Notes under the pieces: model-generated | What the model saw: only the letters and a program-made list of their open reading frames with translations | Told to the model about the DNA's origin: nothing | The model's database searches: none | Shown here: positions 48,965 to 58,989 of the stretch, piece after piece | Layout of the letters: every line of letters begins with the position of its first letter | Position numbering within the stretch: position 1 is the first letter of the stretch | IMG/VR virus record: IMGVR_UViG_3300032288_003839 | Length of the DNA: 64,000 bases | Direction: 5' to 3' (one strand) | DNA from: an uncultured virus (IMG/VR IMGVR_UViG_3300032288_003839) | Lineage: Duplodnaviria; Heunggongvirae; Uroviricota; Caudoviricetes | Position numbers and translations under genes: made by a program

Positions 48965-50980
48965 TTAAAATTTTAAAGGTCTCTTACCTTTATTGAATAA
49001 ATCTGAAATTGACTCACCGACAAAGTTTTCAAAAGCATCTCTAACTAATTTAGATGATAGATATAATTCGCCACTAAATTGTGAGTCATATATATTCTTC
49101 GGTGGTAACATAGTGCTATACCCAACATTAGTAGCCATAGTATTTAATGTTTTAGTTAAAAGAGCTGTTCTTTTCGCTATAACTTGATTAACAGCAGCTA
49201 TACCAGTATTAACAATTCTTTTAGCAAATCTAGCACCTGCACTATCAGAGTTTAACCAAGATTCTTTTGGTGATCCAGATTTTTCAGAATCTAGTTCTTT
49301 CTTACTTAATTCATCATTCTTTTTCTTAAACTCAGTAGTAACTGAGTTATCATAAATAAGTTTAAGATTATCCTCTTCTTCCTTACTCATAGAAGAATTC
49401 TTTTCTTTGAATGTCTCACCAGCTGGAACAGGCTCATATTCTAGAGACGAAGAGTCTAACGCATTATCACTACTGGCTGATTTTATTCTTGCTATATTAA
49501 TAGACTTCTTTTCTGTAGAGTTTTTGTCTAGTTCCATTTGAGATTTTTCAGAATCAAAAAAAGATTTTTTCATATCTTCAACAGATCCAACATTACTAAG
49601 TGATGAATATTTTGGATTATTTGACAAATTGGGAGTATCTTGTCCTGCTAACTTAACAGAGTTAATATCATTCTCATTATTTGGTGGACCAGATGGTTCA
49701 CCATCAGCAGCACCAGTTGCTGATGTTTTTGATTTAGGAGCACCATTAGAATCAGTACCCATACCATCTGATGTTTGTTCACCTGATTGTTGAACATTTG
49801 AGTTATTTTGAGTTGTTGGATCATTTGATGTGGTTTGAACATCATTATATCTAATAACATCAATAATTGCCTGTGGTATACTACTAACAACACCTTCTCC
49901 AATTGTTGAATTAGTTGAACTAATAGGAACTGTATAGTTTAAAAATCTATCAAATGTAGTTATTGTGAATGGATCATAAGAACCATTATTTAAACTACCA
50001 TATGCTTCAGATACTGGATCAAAAGCATCAACTCTTAAAGTTGAATGTTTATAGGTAAATCCTATACTATACCCCTCATATGCTGTTGGTTGTGTTGCTA
50101 AATCAATAACATCACCATGCGGCATTTTATCAAAAAATAATTGACAGTCATATAAAGTATAAACATACCTATTGACATTATCTCTTATAGTTTGTAAACC
50201 AGATAAAGCATCACCATCTAAAACATTTTTTAACTTCACAAAGTTTCTAACCTCTGAGACTATTATATCACAATCAAACCTTAATAGATTTTCAGGAATC
50301 ATAGTTTTACCAGACATTCTAGACCAATAAAGTGACTTATAAAGAGCAGCCATTCTACCAACTCTCAATGTAACATCTTCTGCAAAATCTAATTTAATCA
50401 TATCTTTACCGTAATCAACAAATGAGTTTGCTGTCTCCATAGTGTTAGCTTCGACCAACCCATCTAAACCAGTAACTTTAGTTAGATAATAATAAAATCT
50501 AGAATTAACTGGATTATCAGGATCTGCTGATTGACCAAGTGGTTGAGTATCATAACTAGACCTGAAAAATTGAAAAAATGTTTTCTTAAAACTATTCCAA
50601 ACTAACTCTCTAGATGCCATTTCATCACTCGGAACAATATTACTAGCAAAGAAATTTTGAACACTTTCTTCCATAACAGAAGAGAAAAGAGGAGATTCCT
50701 GAGTTCTGATTATTAAATCAAATCCAAACATTACAGGATCCTCTTTGGCTGCTCTATTGCCAGTATCTGGGCCAAATGGTGAATAGTCTACGGTATTCTT
50801 AAATAAATCTAATGGAACTTGACTAACTTCGGATAAACCATGTCTAAAAAGGTCTTGACCACCATCATTAAAAAGAGCATATAAATTTCTAGTTGGTAAT
50901 GGTCTAGGTCCATTACTCTCAAATGGTGATGTTGTTAGATTCTTATCAAATCTTTCTTTGGTTGTTAGAAATTTTGCCAT
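48965..50980 (-). CDS. Putative baseplate/tail structural protein
   Basis: 671 aa within the baseplate cluster; IPENLLRFDCDI..SEVRNF. Confidence 0.55.
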   Translation of the reverse strand: MAKFLTTKERFDKNLTTSPFESNGPRPLPTRNLYALFNDGGQDLFRHGLSEVSQVPLDLFKNTVDYSPFGPDTGNRAAKEDPVMFGFDLIIRTQESPLFSSVMEESVQNFFASNIVPSDEMASRELVWNSFKKTFFQFFRSSYDTQPLGQSADPDNPVNSRFYYYLTKVTGLDGLVEANTMETANSFVDYGKDMIKLDFAEDVTLRVGRMAALYKSLYWSRMSGKTMIPENLLRFDCDIIVSEVRNFVKLKNVLDGDALSGLQTIRDNVNRYVYTLYDCQLFFDKMPHGDVIDLATQPTAYEGYSIGFTYKHSTLRVDAFDPVSEAYGSLNNGSYDPFTITTFDRFLNYTVPISSTNSTIGEGVVSSIPQAIIDVIRYNDVQTTSNDPTTQNNSNVQQSGEQTSDGMGTDSNGAPKSKTSATGAADGEPSGPPNNENDINSVKLAGQDTPNLSNNPKYSSLSNVGSVEDMKKSFFDSEKSQMELDKNSTEKKSINIARIKSASSDNALDSSSLEYEPVPAGETFKEKNSSMSKEEEDNLKLIYDNSVTTEFKKKNDELSKKELDSEKSGSPKESWLNSDSAGARFAKRIVNTGIAAVNQVIAKRTALLTKTLNTMATNVGYSTMLPPKNIYDSQFSGELYLSSKLVRDAFENFVGESISDLFNKGKRPLKF

Positions 50981-50999
50981 AGTGTTCTATATATTAATT

Positions 51000-53900
51000 T
51001 TATGCAGTACTATTCAACTTAGCATAGAGTTTACCGAGCTCTGTAGTAGTAACTAAATTTTTAGATTCAAATCCTAAATTAGCCAACTCACTATTAAACG
51101 GAGACCAATAATTAGGTATAAAACTTTTCTTAATTTCAAAGTGATGATATTCTACAATACCATGTCCTTTAACGATTCCGTTTTCCGGATCACTTCCACC
51201 CCACTCAGCTCCCCAAGTTATATCACCCTGAGATTTAACCCATGCCCATATAGCCTTGGTTAATTGAGGATCAGCCGCTAAGTTTTTATTATCTCCTATT
51301 CCTAACCAATTAAATTTAACACCTTGTTTGTTATAAACATAATAATCCTTTTTGTAAGCAGGTCCAAATAATATATCTATAGCTAATCCAGAACCGTGTA
51401 ATGAACCAGCAGCTCTTGCTCCACCACCCTTTGAAGAGGCAGCTAAGTCTCTACAAATACCATTATTTCCTAATTTAGTTTTAAATCCTTGTGTAGTTAG
51501 ATAAGCCCCTAAGTCATCAACTATTTTTATTAATCTATGACCAGCAACTCCTTTTCCTGTACTAGCTATATACTTTAATGTGCCTGATTTAACCAAAAGT
51601 TTTCCTCCCTTAATTGGTTCAGTAGTCTGAGGAGCAACTACAGTGGGTTGAGGTGTAGAGGCCGTACTAGATATTGGCTCAACTAAAGGAGCAGCATCAG
51701 TATTTGTTAAATCAGTTGGATTAGTTGTTTTTTCAACAGGATTATTATTTTTAGGTGGTTCAGTCTCATTAGCTGATGTAGGTGCCGTTTGTTCTTCTTC
51801 AAGTTCTTCTTTTGAAACTTCAAGTTCTCTCTTAATTAAAGAAACTTCTTGGTGATAAGATCCACCACTATAAATAAATTTTATTTCAGTTATAAACCAA
51901 TCACCTGATATTCTTTCATTTTTAATTTTAGCAGAAGGTGAAGATCCTTTAGTGGTAATTAACAATATTACTTTTTGAAATCTATATAAATTATAATTTG
52001 GATTTGGTAATGTTAATTTAATACCAATTTTTTGCAAGTCATCTATGTTTTGTGAGTTATGTACATATGAATAATTATAATTAGTATGTGCGTTATCCGG
52101 GTCCAATTTACCAACATAAGTAGTATTAACATTCTCTTTGTAGAAGTTTTCATCTTGTGGGGAACCTTTCATAATGATTGTTTTACTACCCTCTGATGTT
52201 ATGGAATCAACATCAAATACTAAATACTCTTTTTTAAATGAGTCATAATATTTTGAGACATTTAAATAACCCTTTTCTAAGGAAACAGATGTTGAGTTAT
52301 TTAAAATCTTGTATTCACTTATAAAAGAATCTGTTTCTTGTAAAGATCTATCATTACTCAGTGATATTTTCTGAACTCTCTTATCATCACCAGTAACATC
52401 TTTACCTAATCCAGAAGAATCAACTCCTTTATCATCACTAGCATCTCTTGATAATTCTTTTTCTATATCTACATAATTAAAATTATAGAAAAAGTCAACA
52501 TATCCATAAGAGAATCCTTCATCAGAAATATAAGAGTAGGATAGAATCTCATCCATGAAATCGTACACTTTCTTACCAGTATTAATCCAGGTCATCTGGT
52601 CTTTTGAATCAGTTATATTTGAATTAAATCCTAATCCAACTTCTTTACAAATATCTTGAAGAGCGAAAAAACTGGTCTTTTTACTATATGACTTGAACTT
52701 ACGCAAATGTAACCCATTAACATTCAAAACTCCCTTAACTGTATATACTTCACCATTTACAGAAAAGTTTGCTATTTTGAATTCTAATAAAATATGTCTA
52801 ATATTTTTTGTTCTAGAAGATAAGAATATCTTAATTTTAGTATCATCTAAAGGAAATGCTTTGTCCTTCATCATATTCATACTATCTTTGAATGTTATAG
52901 TAACTACAGGTAAAAGACCATCATGATAAAGTGCAAAATACTGTATATCTCTATCATCAATTTGATAAGCGTTGTACCAAATAAAAGGTCTAGTTCCAAT
53001 ATTAGATGACCATTCTTTTAGATATTTTTCAGACTCATTTTTTCTTTCTATTTTAATTGGTTCTACTTTAATAGTTGGTGGAAATATATTACTCAGACCT
53101 GGTGTTATTTGGTCAACTTCTTTAGCATTATCTTCATTTGTAGCATCATTATTACCCTTTGAACTTTCCTGTGCAATTGGTTCATTTGTAGGTGTTGTTG
53201 TCTCCGTAGATGAAGCAGTTGCTGTTTGAACACCCGTAGTAGCTGGTGGAGTAGTAGGAGTTGGGGGTACATCTGGGTTAGGAGGTAAACTACCACCAGT
53301 TATCATCTTATAAAAAAGAGGAGCTCTATTTCTGGCTTTTGTAAAACCACCTATAGTATCTTTTGGAAAAACTAAATCACCATCACCACCAGTATAGACA
53401 CCTTCTTCATAGTGAAGCGCCACCGGTTTACCACCCTCTGTTTTACCAGGACCAGCAGTTGATTGATATAAAATCCTAACAGCGGTAGCTATATCTTTTA
53501 TACTATTCATTGTATCAACAGAGCTATTACCTTTGGTGATACCATATTGACTAAATAAAGAAGCCTTCATAGAACTAAAGCTATTAACATAATATTGAAC
53601 AAGTGCTTTAGCCGCAATATCTAACTTTTCCATCAACTCTGGTTTAGCGTTTAAATCTAAATTTAATCCCTTGCCTATATTTTGATAGTTTCCTCTAAAG
53701 GTTAATTGATTAAATCCTCTTCCTCTGAATGTCCAACCATCTTCAGTTGGGGGAGCACCATTACCATAATTATCCCCATAAACAATACTAAAAAATTGCT
53801 TTTGATCTTTTTTAATAACATCTATCTGAGCATCTGTATAAGACTTAAATCTCGATCCAAAAATGGTTCTAATTCTTGCGGCTGTTGTACTTGCGTAAGA

Positions 53901-54071
53901 TCCTTCTCCCTTTGGAACAAAGTCTGACTCTTTAGAAACTATACCACATAAACCAGCTTGAAATATAGCATTAGTAATACCTTTTTCCTTGCACGCATTA
54001 ACTACAAGAGAAATGGTATTTTTCTTAGTAGGTGATATGTTATTAAAGTATTGTTGAGACTTAGATGCCAT
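51000..54071 (-). CDS. Baseplate-hub-like protein with N-terminal GH19-like and C-terminal M15-like peptidase domains
   Basis: KES...FRGRGFNQLTFRGNY; central domain ending ISGDWFITEI; SLHGSGLAIDI...WG.EW...EYHHFE. Confidence 0.7.
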   Translation of the reverse strand: MASKSQQYFNNISPTKKNTISLVVNACKEKGITNAIFQAGLCGIVSKESDFVPKGEGSYASTTAARIRTIFGSRFKSYTDAQIDVIKKDQKQFFSIVYGDNYGNGAPPTEDGWTFRGRGFNQLTFRGNYQNIGKGLNLDLNAKPELMEKLDIAAKALVQYYVNSFSSMKASLFSQYGITKGNSSVDTMNSIKDIATAVRILYQSTAGPGKTEGGKPVALHYEEGVYTGGDGDLVFPKDTIGGFTKARNRAPLFYKMITGGSLPPNPDVPPTPTTPPATTGVQTATASSTETTTPTNEPIAQESSKGNNDATNEDNAKEVDQITPGLSNIFPPTIKVEPIKIERKNESEKYLKEWSSNIGTRPFIWYNAYQIDDRDIQYFALYHDGLLPVVTITFKDSMNMMKDKAFPLDDTKIKIFLSSRTKNIRHILLEFKIANFSVNGEVYTVKGVLNVNGLHLRKFKSYSKKTSFFALQDICKEVGLGFNSNITDSKDQMTWINTGKKVYDFMDEILSYSYISDEGFSYGYVDFFYNFNYVDIEKELSRDASDDKGVDSSGLGKDVTGDDKRVQKISLSNDRSLQETDSFISEYKILNNSTSVSLEKGYLNVSKYYDSFKKEYLVFDVDSITSEGSKTIIMKGSPQDENFYKENVNTTYVGKLDPDNAHTNYNYSYVHNSQNIDDLQKIGIKLTLPNPNYNLYRFQKVILLITTKGSSPSAKIKNERISGDWFITEIKFIYSGGSYHQEVSLIKRELEVSKEELEEEQTAPTSANETEPPKNNNPVEKTTNPTDLTNTDAAPLVEPISSTASTPQPTVVAPQTTEPIKGGKLLVKSGTLKYIASTGKGVAGHRLIKIVDDLGAYLTTQGFKTKLGNNGICRDLAASSKGGGARAAGSLHGSGLAIDILFGPAYKKDYYVYNKQGVKFNWLGIGDNKNLAADPQLTKAIWAWVKSQGDITWGAEWGGSDPENGIVKGHGIVEYHHFEIKKSFIPNYWSPFNSELANLGFESKNLVTTTELGKLYAKLNSTA

Positions 54072-54108
54072 GAATTATATATAATATTTTGAATAACCTA
54101 TTGATATA

Positions 54109-54609
54109 TTATGATGGAAGTAATCCACCACCTATAACAATATCTTTACCAGAGATAGTAACCGGTTCAACAGGTGTTGATAAAACGGTTGGTGGTAATG
54201 AATAGTTCTGTTCAATATAATTCTTTCTATTAGAATCTTTTCTAGGTGCTTTATTTCTATTGAGTAATCTTTGAACTACTTGCTTTTGAGTTTCCTCTAC
54301 TCTAAATAAACTAATATCATTCTTGTTAGGGTATTTAATAATATCACCATTTTTTATATTTAAAGGATTATCAATTCTATTGACATTTAATAAAATATCA
54401 ACAAACTCGGTAGTTCCGTATATTCTATAACAAAGAATATCTATTCTCATTTCTTCATCTGGTTGAACATACCAATAGTTAAGAGCAACATCTCTTCTAC
54501 TAATAAAAGTACTTTGAGTTAAATCAAAGAAATAAGATTGACCTAATTCTTTGTCTAACTTTTGCTTGACTCTTCTTACATTATCTAAATCATAAATATT
54601 CATATTCAA
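54109..54609 (-). CDS. Baseplate wedge gp53/LysM-like protein
   Basis: YVQPDEEMRIDILCYRIYG...DILLNVNRIDNPLNIKNGDII.YP. Confidence 0.7.
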   Translation of the reverse strand: MNMNIYDLDNVRRVKQKLDKELGQSYFFDLTQSTFISRRDVALNYWYVQPDEEMRIDILCYRIYGTTEFVDILLNVNRIDNPLNIKNGDIIKYPNKNDISLFRVEETQKQVVQRLLNRNKAPRKDSNRKNYIEQNYSLPPTVLSTPVEPVTISGKDIVIGGGLLPS

Positions 54610-54621
54610 AAAATTATTTTA

Positions 54622-56652
54622 TTAGACAAAACCTAAATCTTCTCTATCTTGTAACTCATTATCAATAGAATCCTTCTCATCCTTAAGAGATGTATATTTT
54701 GGATTAATTGTAGAGTACTCATATGTGGATCCATTAGCATTTGTTCCTTTATTTGTAATTGTCTCTGGTGTGTTTTTTAATTCCTCATCTATTTTAGTAC
54801 TTCTATATTTTAGATCTTCATTTGATGCACTACTTATTTGACTGCTTGTTAAAGGTGTAGACTGACCTGTTTTACCAGAGTCAGGTAAACCACCGGTAGT
54901 AGGTATATTACCTTGTTGTTGAGGACCAATAACTGGGTTAGGTTTAACATCATTAACTGCTGGTATGTTAGGTGCACTTAATTCTGTAGTATTTTTAACC
55001 TTATCAGGATCAATTTTAGGATTATTATTTGACTCTTGACCAGACCCAACCGCAAATGTCTGATTGGACTGAGTACCACCAATATTTTGCTTTCCATCAG
55101 CTGTACTACCAGCATCAGGATCACCACCAATTGGGGTACTAGGTGCAATAGTAGTTGTAGTTGTAGTTGTATCTGTATTATCAAGTGCAGAAGCTGTGAA
55201 ATCACCACCAGATGCTTCTTGCCAAGAGGAAGGACCTGGTTTATAAGATCTTCCCTGTCCTTGTGCAAATCTAGCCATTATCTCCTGAAGACCTATAGCT
55301 CTAGCATTAGTCATAGTAAACTCAGCAGTTATTCTAGATGGTAAATCATTGAATGCTAAAGTCTCTCCAAACTTCAAAGAAACTTCTTTTACTATCATGT
55401 CACCAGAACAAAAAAGAGGTCTTTTTGGATTACCTATAGTAACATGATAGTTACCAGATGGTTCACCAGTTAAGGCATTAATAATACCTAATATTCTAGT
55501 TTCAAACTTTTTAACAATACCGGTAATAGCACTTAATAGTGTATCGATAAACTTATCAAACATACTTGAACTTTCTTCTGCTGGATCTTTTTCTTCGTCC
55601 TCTCCATCATCCTCTTTCTTATCAAGACCAAGAGCTTTTAATATCTTATCCTTCAAGGCTTTAAGTGACTCAACAACACCTTTTATAAAATCACCTATAG
55701 CACCTCTTGGATCGGTTTTCAATTTAGATAATAGCTTCTTAGCCTCATCAGATGCTTTACCTCCACCATTTAAATAAAATACAGAATTTTGTGTTCCAAA
55801 TTTAGCTATATTTCCAATAATATCATAAAAAGCTTTAGTCGGGTCTAACCCACCTATAAATTTTTGCTCATATTCAGCAACAACTTTAACAGATATAGTA
55901 CAGTTTAGACCAGCTCCAGCTTCATCATCTCCAATAGTAGATCTCATTTTAGCTTCCTTAATTAAATTTGGATTACCAGATGGTATAATATCGGCACCTG
56001 TATCATCAACAATACCCAATGATTTCATTATCTGCCTTTGCCAAATTTCAGTAAAACCCGGAAGAGGAACAACTCCAAATCCACCTTCCGCTCCATCACC
56101 AATGCCTGGTGCTCTGAATTGATCACCTATATCATTTAAAACTTTCTTAAAAGAAGCCTCAGCTTCTTTCCATTCTTCACCAAAGGAAATATCAAAAAAA
56201 TCTTCACCCGGTAATCTCCAAGTTAATATAGTTGAAACAGGATTAATATTAGCAGTTGATAAATCATTACCAATTGGTGCTCCAAACTTTCTACAAACTA
56301 TAAGTCTATTATTCGGATATACACCTAAGAATCTTAGATAAGCAAAATCAGCAGATTTTAATTTAAGAGCAGCAGACTGACGTGTAGACCAATCAATAAT
56401 TGCTTGAGTTCTAACATCATAAATATCATTTTCATGTGGTTTTGGATTAGTCCCAGATATTTCTTTTTCAAGTTGAGCATCATCTATGTCAGATTTAGTA
56501 GGAAAATAAGCAACAGAATCATTACCATACATAGATTGTTCATAATTACTGTTACTAGTGGGCTCATTTTTTTTAGTAATTCTGTTATACTGAGTGGTAG
56601 CTTTAGTCTTTTTAAAGTTGGGACTTGATACTAATCCAAGAGGTGATGACAT
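54622..56652 (-). CDS. Putative baseplate/tail-tube-associated protein
   Basis: 676 aa in the baseplate cluster; YHVTIGNP..P....GDM...FNDLP. Confidence 0.55.
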   Translation of the reverse strand: MSSPLGLVSSPNFKKTKATTQYNRITKKNEPTSNSNYEQSMYGNDSVAYFPTKSDIDDAQLEKEISGTNPKPHENDIYDVRTQAIIDWSTRQSAALKLKSADFAYLRFLGVYPNNRLIVCRKFGAPIGNDLSTANINPVSTILTWRLPGEDFFDISFGEEWKEAEASFKKVLNDIGDQFRAPGIGDGAEGGFGVVPLPGFTEIWQRQIMKSLGIVDDTGADIIPSGNPNLIKEAKMRSTIGDDEAGAGLNCTISVKVVAEYEQKFIGGLDPTKAFYDIIGNIAKFGTQNSVFYLNGGGKASDEAKKLLSKLKTDPRGAIGDFIKGVVESLKALKDKILKALGLDKKEDDGEDEEKDPAEESSSMFDKFIDTLLSAITGIVKKFETRILGIINALTGEPSGNYHVTIGNPKRPLFCSGDMIVKEVSLKFGETLAFNDLPSRITAEFTMTNARAIGLQEIMARFAQGQGRSYKPGPSSWQEASGGDFTASALDNTDTTTTTTTIAPSTPIGGDPDAGSTADGKQNIGGTQSNQTFAVGSGQESNNNPKIDPDKVKNTTELSAPNIPAVNDVKPNPVIGPQQQGNIPTTGGLPDSGKTGQSTPLTSSQISSASNEDLKYRSTKIDEELKNTPETITNKGTNANGSTYEYSTINPKYTSLKDEKDSIDNELQDREDLGFV

Positions 56653-56686
56653 TCTTATTAATTAATTTTTATTATATATTAATTAA

Positions 56687-57076
56687 TTAGTAATCTCTTA
56701 TTATTTGGCTGTTGGAAAATTTTGATAGGTTACCAAATACATCATCTATGTATTCTGGATTTTTTCTAAATTCATTATAAAATATCAAAACATTGAAATT
56801 ATTTTGACCGAGAATCTTTTTAAGATTGAGAAGTTTTTCTATTGAGAATTCATTATCAAAGTCGGGTATGTAATAAATATCTTTCTTTTTGTCTATGGCT
56901 TGTTGTATCTTTTGAAATATTAAAATTTTAAGATATGTTCTATCATTGGAAAAGTCTACCTGTTCCTCATCTATAATCTTTTTAATATCAATTATATACT
57001 TGTTCTTTACTCTATTAATTTTAATATATTTATCAAACTTCTTTCGAGTCTTACAATACACACAGAAAAATTCCAT
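56687..57076 (-). CDS. Hypothetical protein
   Basis: Probable start MEFFCVYC at 57076. Confidence 0.55.
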   Translation of the reverse strand: MEFFCVYCKTRKKFDKYIKINRVKNKYIIDIKKIIDEEQVDFSNDRTYLKILIFQKIQQAIDKKKDIYYIPDFDNEFSIEKLLNLKKILGQNNFNVLIFYNEFRKNPEYIDDVFGNLSKFSNSQIIRDY

Positions 57077-57185
57077 TAATACCCATATTTTTTGTATAAT
57101 TAAAAATATATATAAAAATAAAATCCTCTCCTGTGCATTTTTATTATAATTTGATTTTGATAAAAGGATTTTAATATATACAAAC

Positions 57186-58565
57186 ATGAAGAAGTACTCA
57201 GATAAGTTTCTAAGTCAAACAAATAAACTAAAGAATGCAAAGGTTGGCTTTGAGTTTGAATTTTACATGAAAGATATATCTTTCTATAAGACTTTAGAAC
57301 TATTAAATCAAGAATTATCTCCTGTTAAAGTTTGGGGATTCAGACAATATCACTCTGATTTCACACCAGATGAAAAAAACTTTAAAATAGAACCAGATTT
57401 ATCAGGTGGTTCTAACATGGTTGAATTAGTTACAGGACCATTAGATTATTATGATGCTAAATATTATTTAATCAAAATAGCTAAATTCATTCAAAATTAT
57501 GGATATACAAATGAAAAATCATCCGTTCATTTTAACTTATCATTTAATGGTGATAAAAATCTTAATGATTTAAATACTCTTAAATTGATATTAAATACAG
57601 ATGAAGATGAAATATACAGAGTTTATCCATCTAGAAAAGATAATGTTTATGCAAAGTCAGTTAAAAAAATGATACCATTCAAAGAATATGATTTCTTCAA
57701 TATATCAATTGATGTTGTTAAAAACAATTTAAGATTACCAAATGATAAATATTATGGTATAAACTTCTTACATATTAATAATGAAAAAGAATCTCAAAGA
57801 TTAGAGTTAAGATATATTGGTGGTAAAGATTATGAAAAGAATATAGGTAATTTAATTTACTTCATGGATAGATTTATTATAAATGTCTATGATTCAATTG
57901 ATGTTGGTTTTAACTCAGAAGATGCTATCAAATTAGAAGAACATTTAGAAAAAAATATTTCTCAATTTAAAAACTTTTCTAAGTATGATAACTTCATAGT
58001 AGATTTTCCAACTATTCAAATTCAAATAGATCAAAGTAATAACTATGACATGGTATCTGCCTATTATAACAAAATATTTAATAAGATATTTAATTTAGTA
58101 GATGGATGTGATAATCTAAAAGAATGTATAATCAATTATGTAACAACCACACAAGTTATGGAAGTGGTAGATGCTAATATCAAATCAACCTCTATAATTA
58201 AAAATTATGATTTATTAAATTGTAGAGTAGAAGGAATATTTGAAGACTGTTTATTAGTTGGTACTGAAATAATAAATTCTCAACTAACTAAATGTAAATT
58301 ACAATATGCTGATGCTACTAAAACTAAAGTTTTAAATTGTAAAGTAGAAGGTAGTCAACTAACAGATTGTTATTTCCAAGATGGATATTTAAATGGTGAT
58401 ATGTTTGGTGGTGTTTACCGTTCTGGAAAATTAGGACCTTATGCTACTATGGACTCTGATGTTAAAGTTGTAACTGACACAGAAAACTTCTTTGCTACTA
58501 AGTATGAGGAAGAAGGTCAGAAAGGAACTGATAAGGGTGTAATGAAAAATTATGGTAAAAAGTAA
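57186..58565 (+). CDS. Putative amidoligase (COOH-NH2 ligase-like) with C-terminal beta-helix-like repeats
   Basis: VGFEFEF; EPDLS...VELVT.P; SSVHFN; KYYGIN; LELRY. Confidence 0.65.
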   Translation: MKKYSDKFLSQTNKLKNAKVGFEFEFYMKDISFYKTLELLNQELSPVKVWGFRQYHSDFTPDEKNFKIEPDLSGGSNMVELVTGPLDYYDAKYYLIKIAKFIQNYGYTNEKSSVHFNLSFNGDKNLNDLNTLKLILNTDEDEIYRVYPSRKDNVYAKSVKKMIPFKEYDFFNISIDVVKNNLRLPNDKYYGINFLHINNEKESQRLELRYIGGKDYEKNIGNLIYFMDRFIINVYDSIDVGFNSEDAIKLEEHLEKNISQFKNFSKYDNFIVDFPTIQIQIDQSNNYDMVSAYYNKIFNKIFNLVDGCDNLKECIINYVTTTQVMEVVDANIKSTSIIKNYDLLNCRVEGIFEDCLLVGTEIINSQLTKCKLQYADATKTKVLNCKVEGSQLTDCYFQDGYLNGDMFGGVYRSGKLGPYATMDSDVKVVTDTENFFATKYEEEGQKGTDKGVMKNYGKK

Positions 58566-58978
58566 TGAAGTATCTTAAAAAATTCTTTGAGAATCAAGAA
58601 GAAGATTATATTAAACACTACGGTCTTTACCCAGAAGATATTAAAGATATGTTTATTGACCTAATACATGAAGGTTGGATAGTAAATATAGATTTTAAGA
58701 AAAAGTTATTTCAACATAGAGCAATTATAAATAGTCCTTTAGTAGATAAAGATATAACATTAAAACTTCAACCAGTTATAGAAGTTAAAATTAAAAAGAA
58801 TCTTTTTGGATTCATGACAAGAAGTGAAATAGAAAGTGAACTACATAGATTAATACAATCCGAAGAAATGAAAGAAATTATAGATGTGGCTAGTAGTAGA
58901 TTAAAAGACTATGGTTATAGAATAAGCATGTATAATATGGAATTGGATTACTTAAAAATATTGATTTGTAAAATATAA
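58565..58978 (+). CDS. Hypothetical protein
   Basis: Start MKYLKKFFEN; internal IKDMFIDL. Confidence 0.65.
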   Translation: MKYLKKFFENQEEDYIKHYGLYPEDIKDMFIDLIHEGWIVNIDFKKKLFQHRAIINSPLVDKDITLKLQPVIEVKIKKNLFGFMTRSEIESELHRLIQSEEMKEIIDVASSRLKDYGYRISMYNMELDYLKILICKI

Positions 58979-58989
58979 TATATACCATT

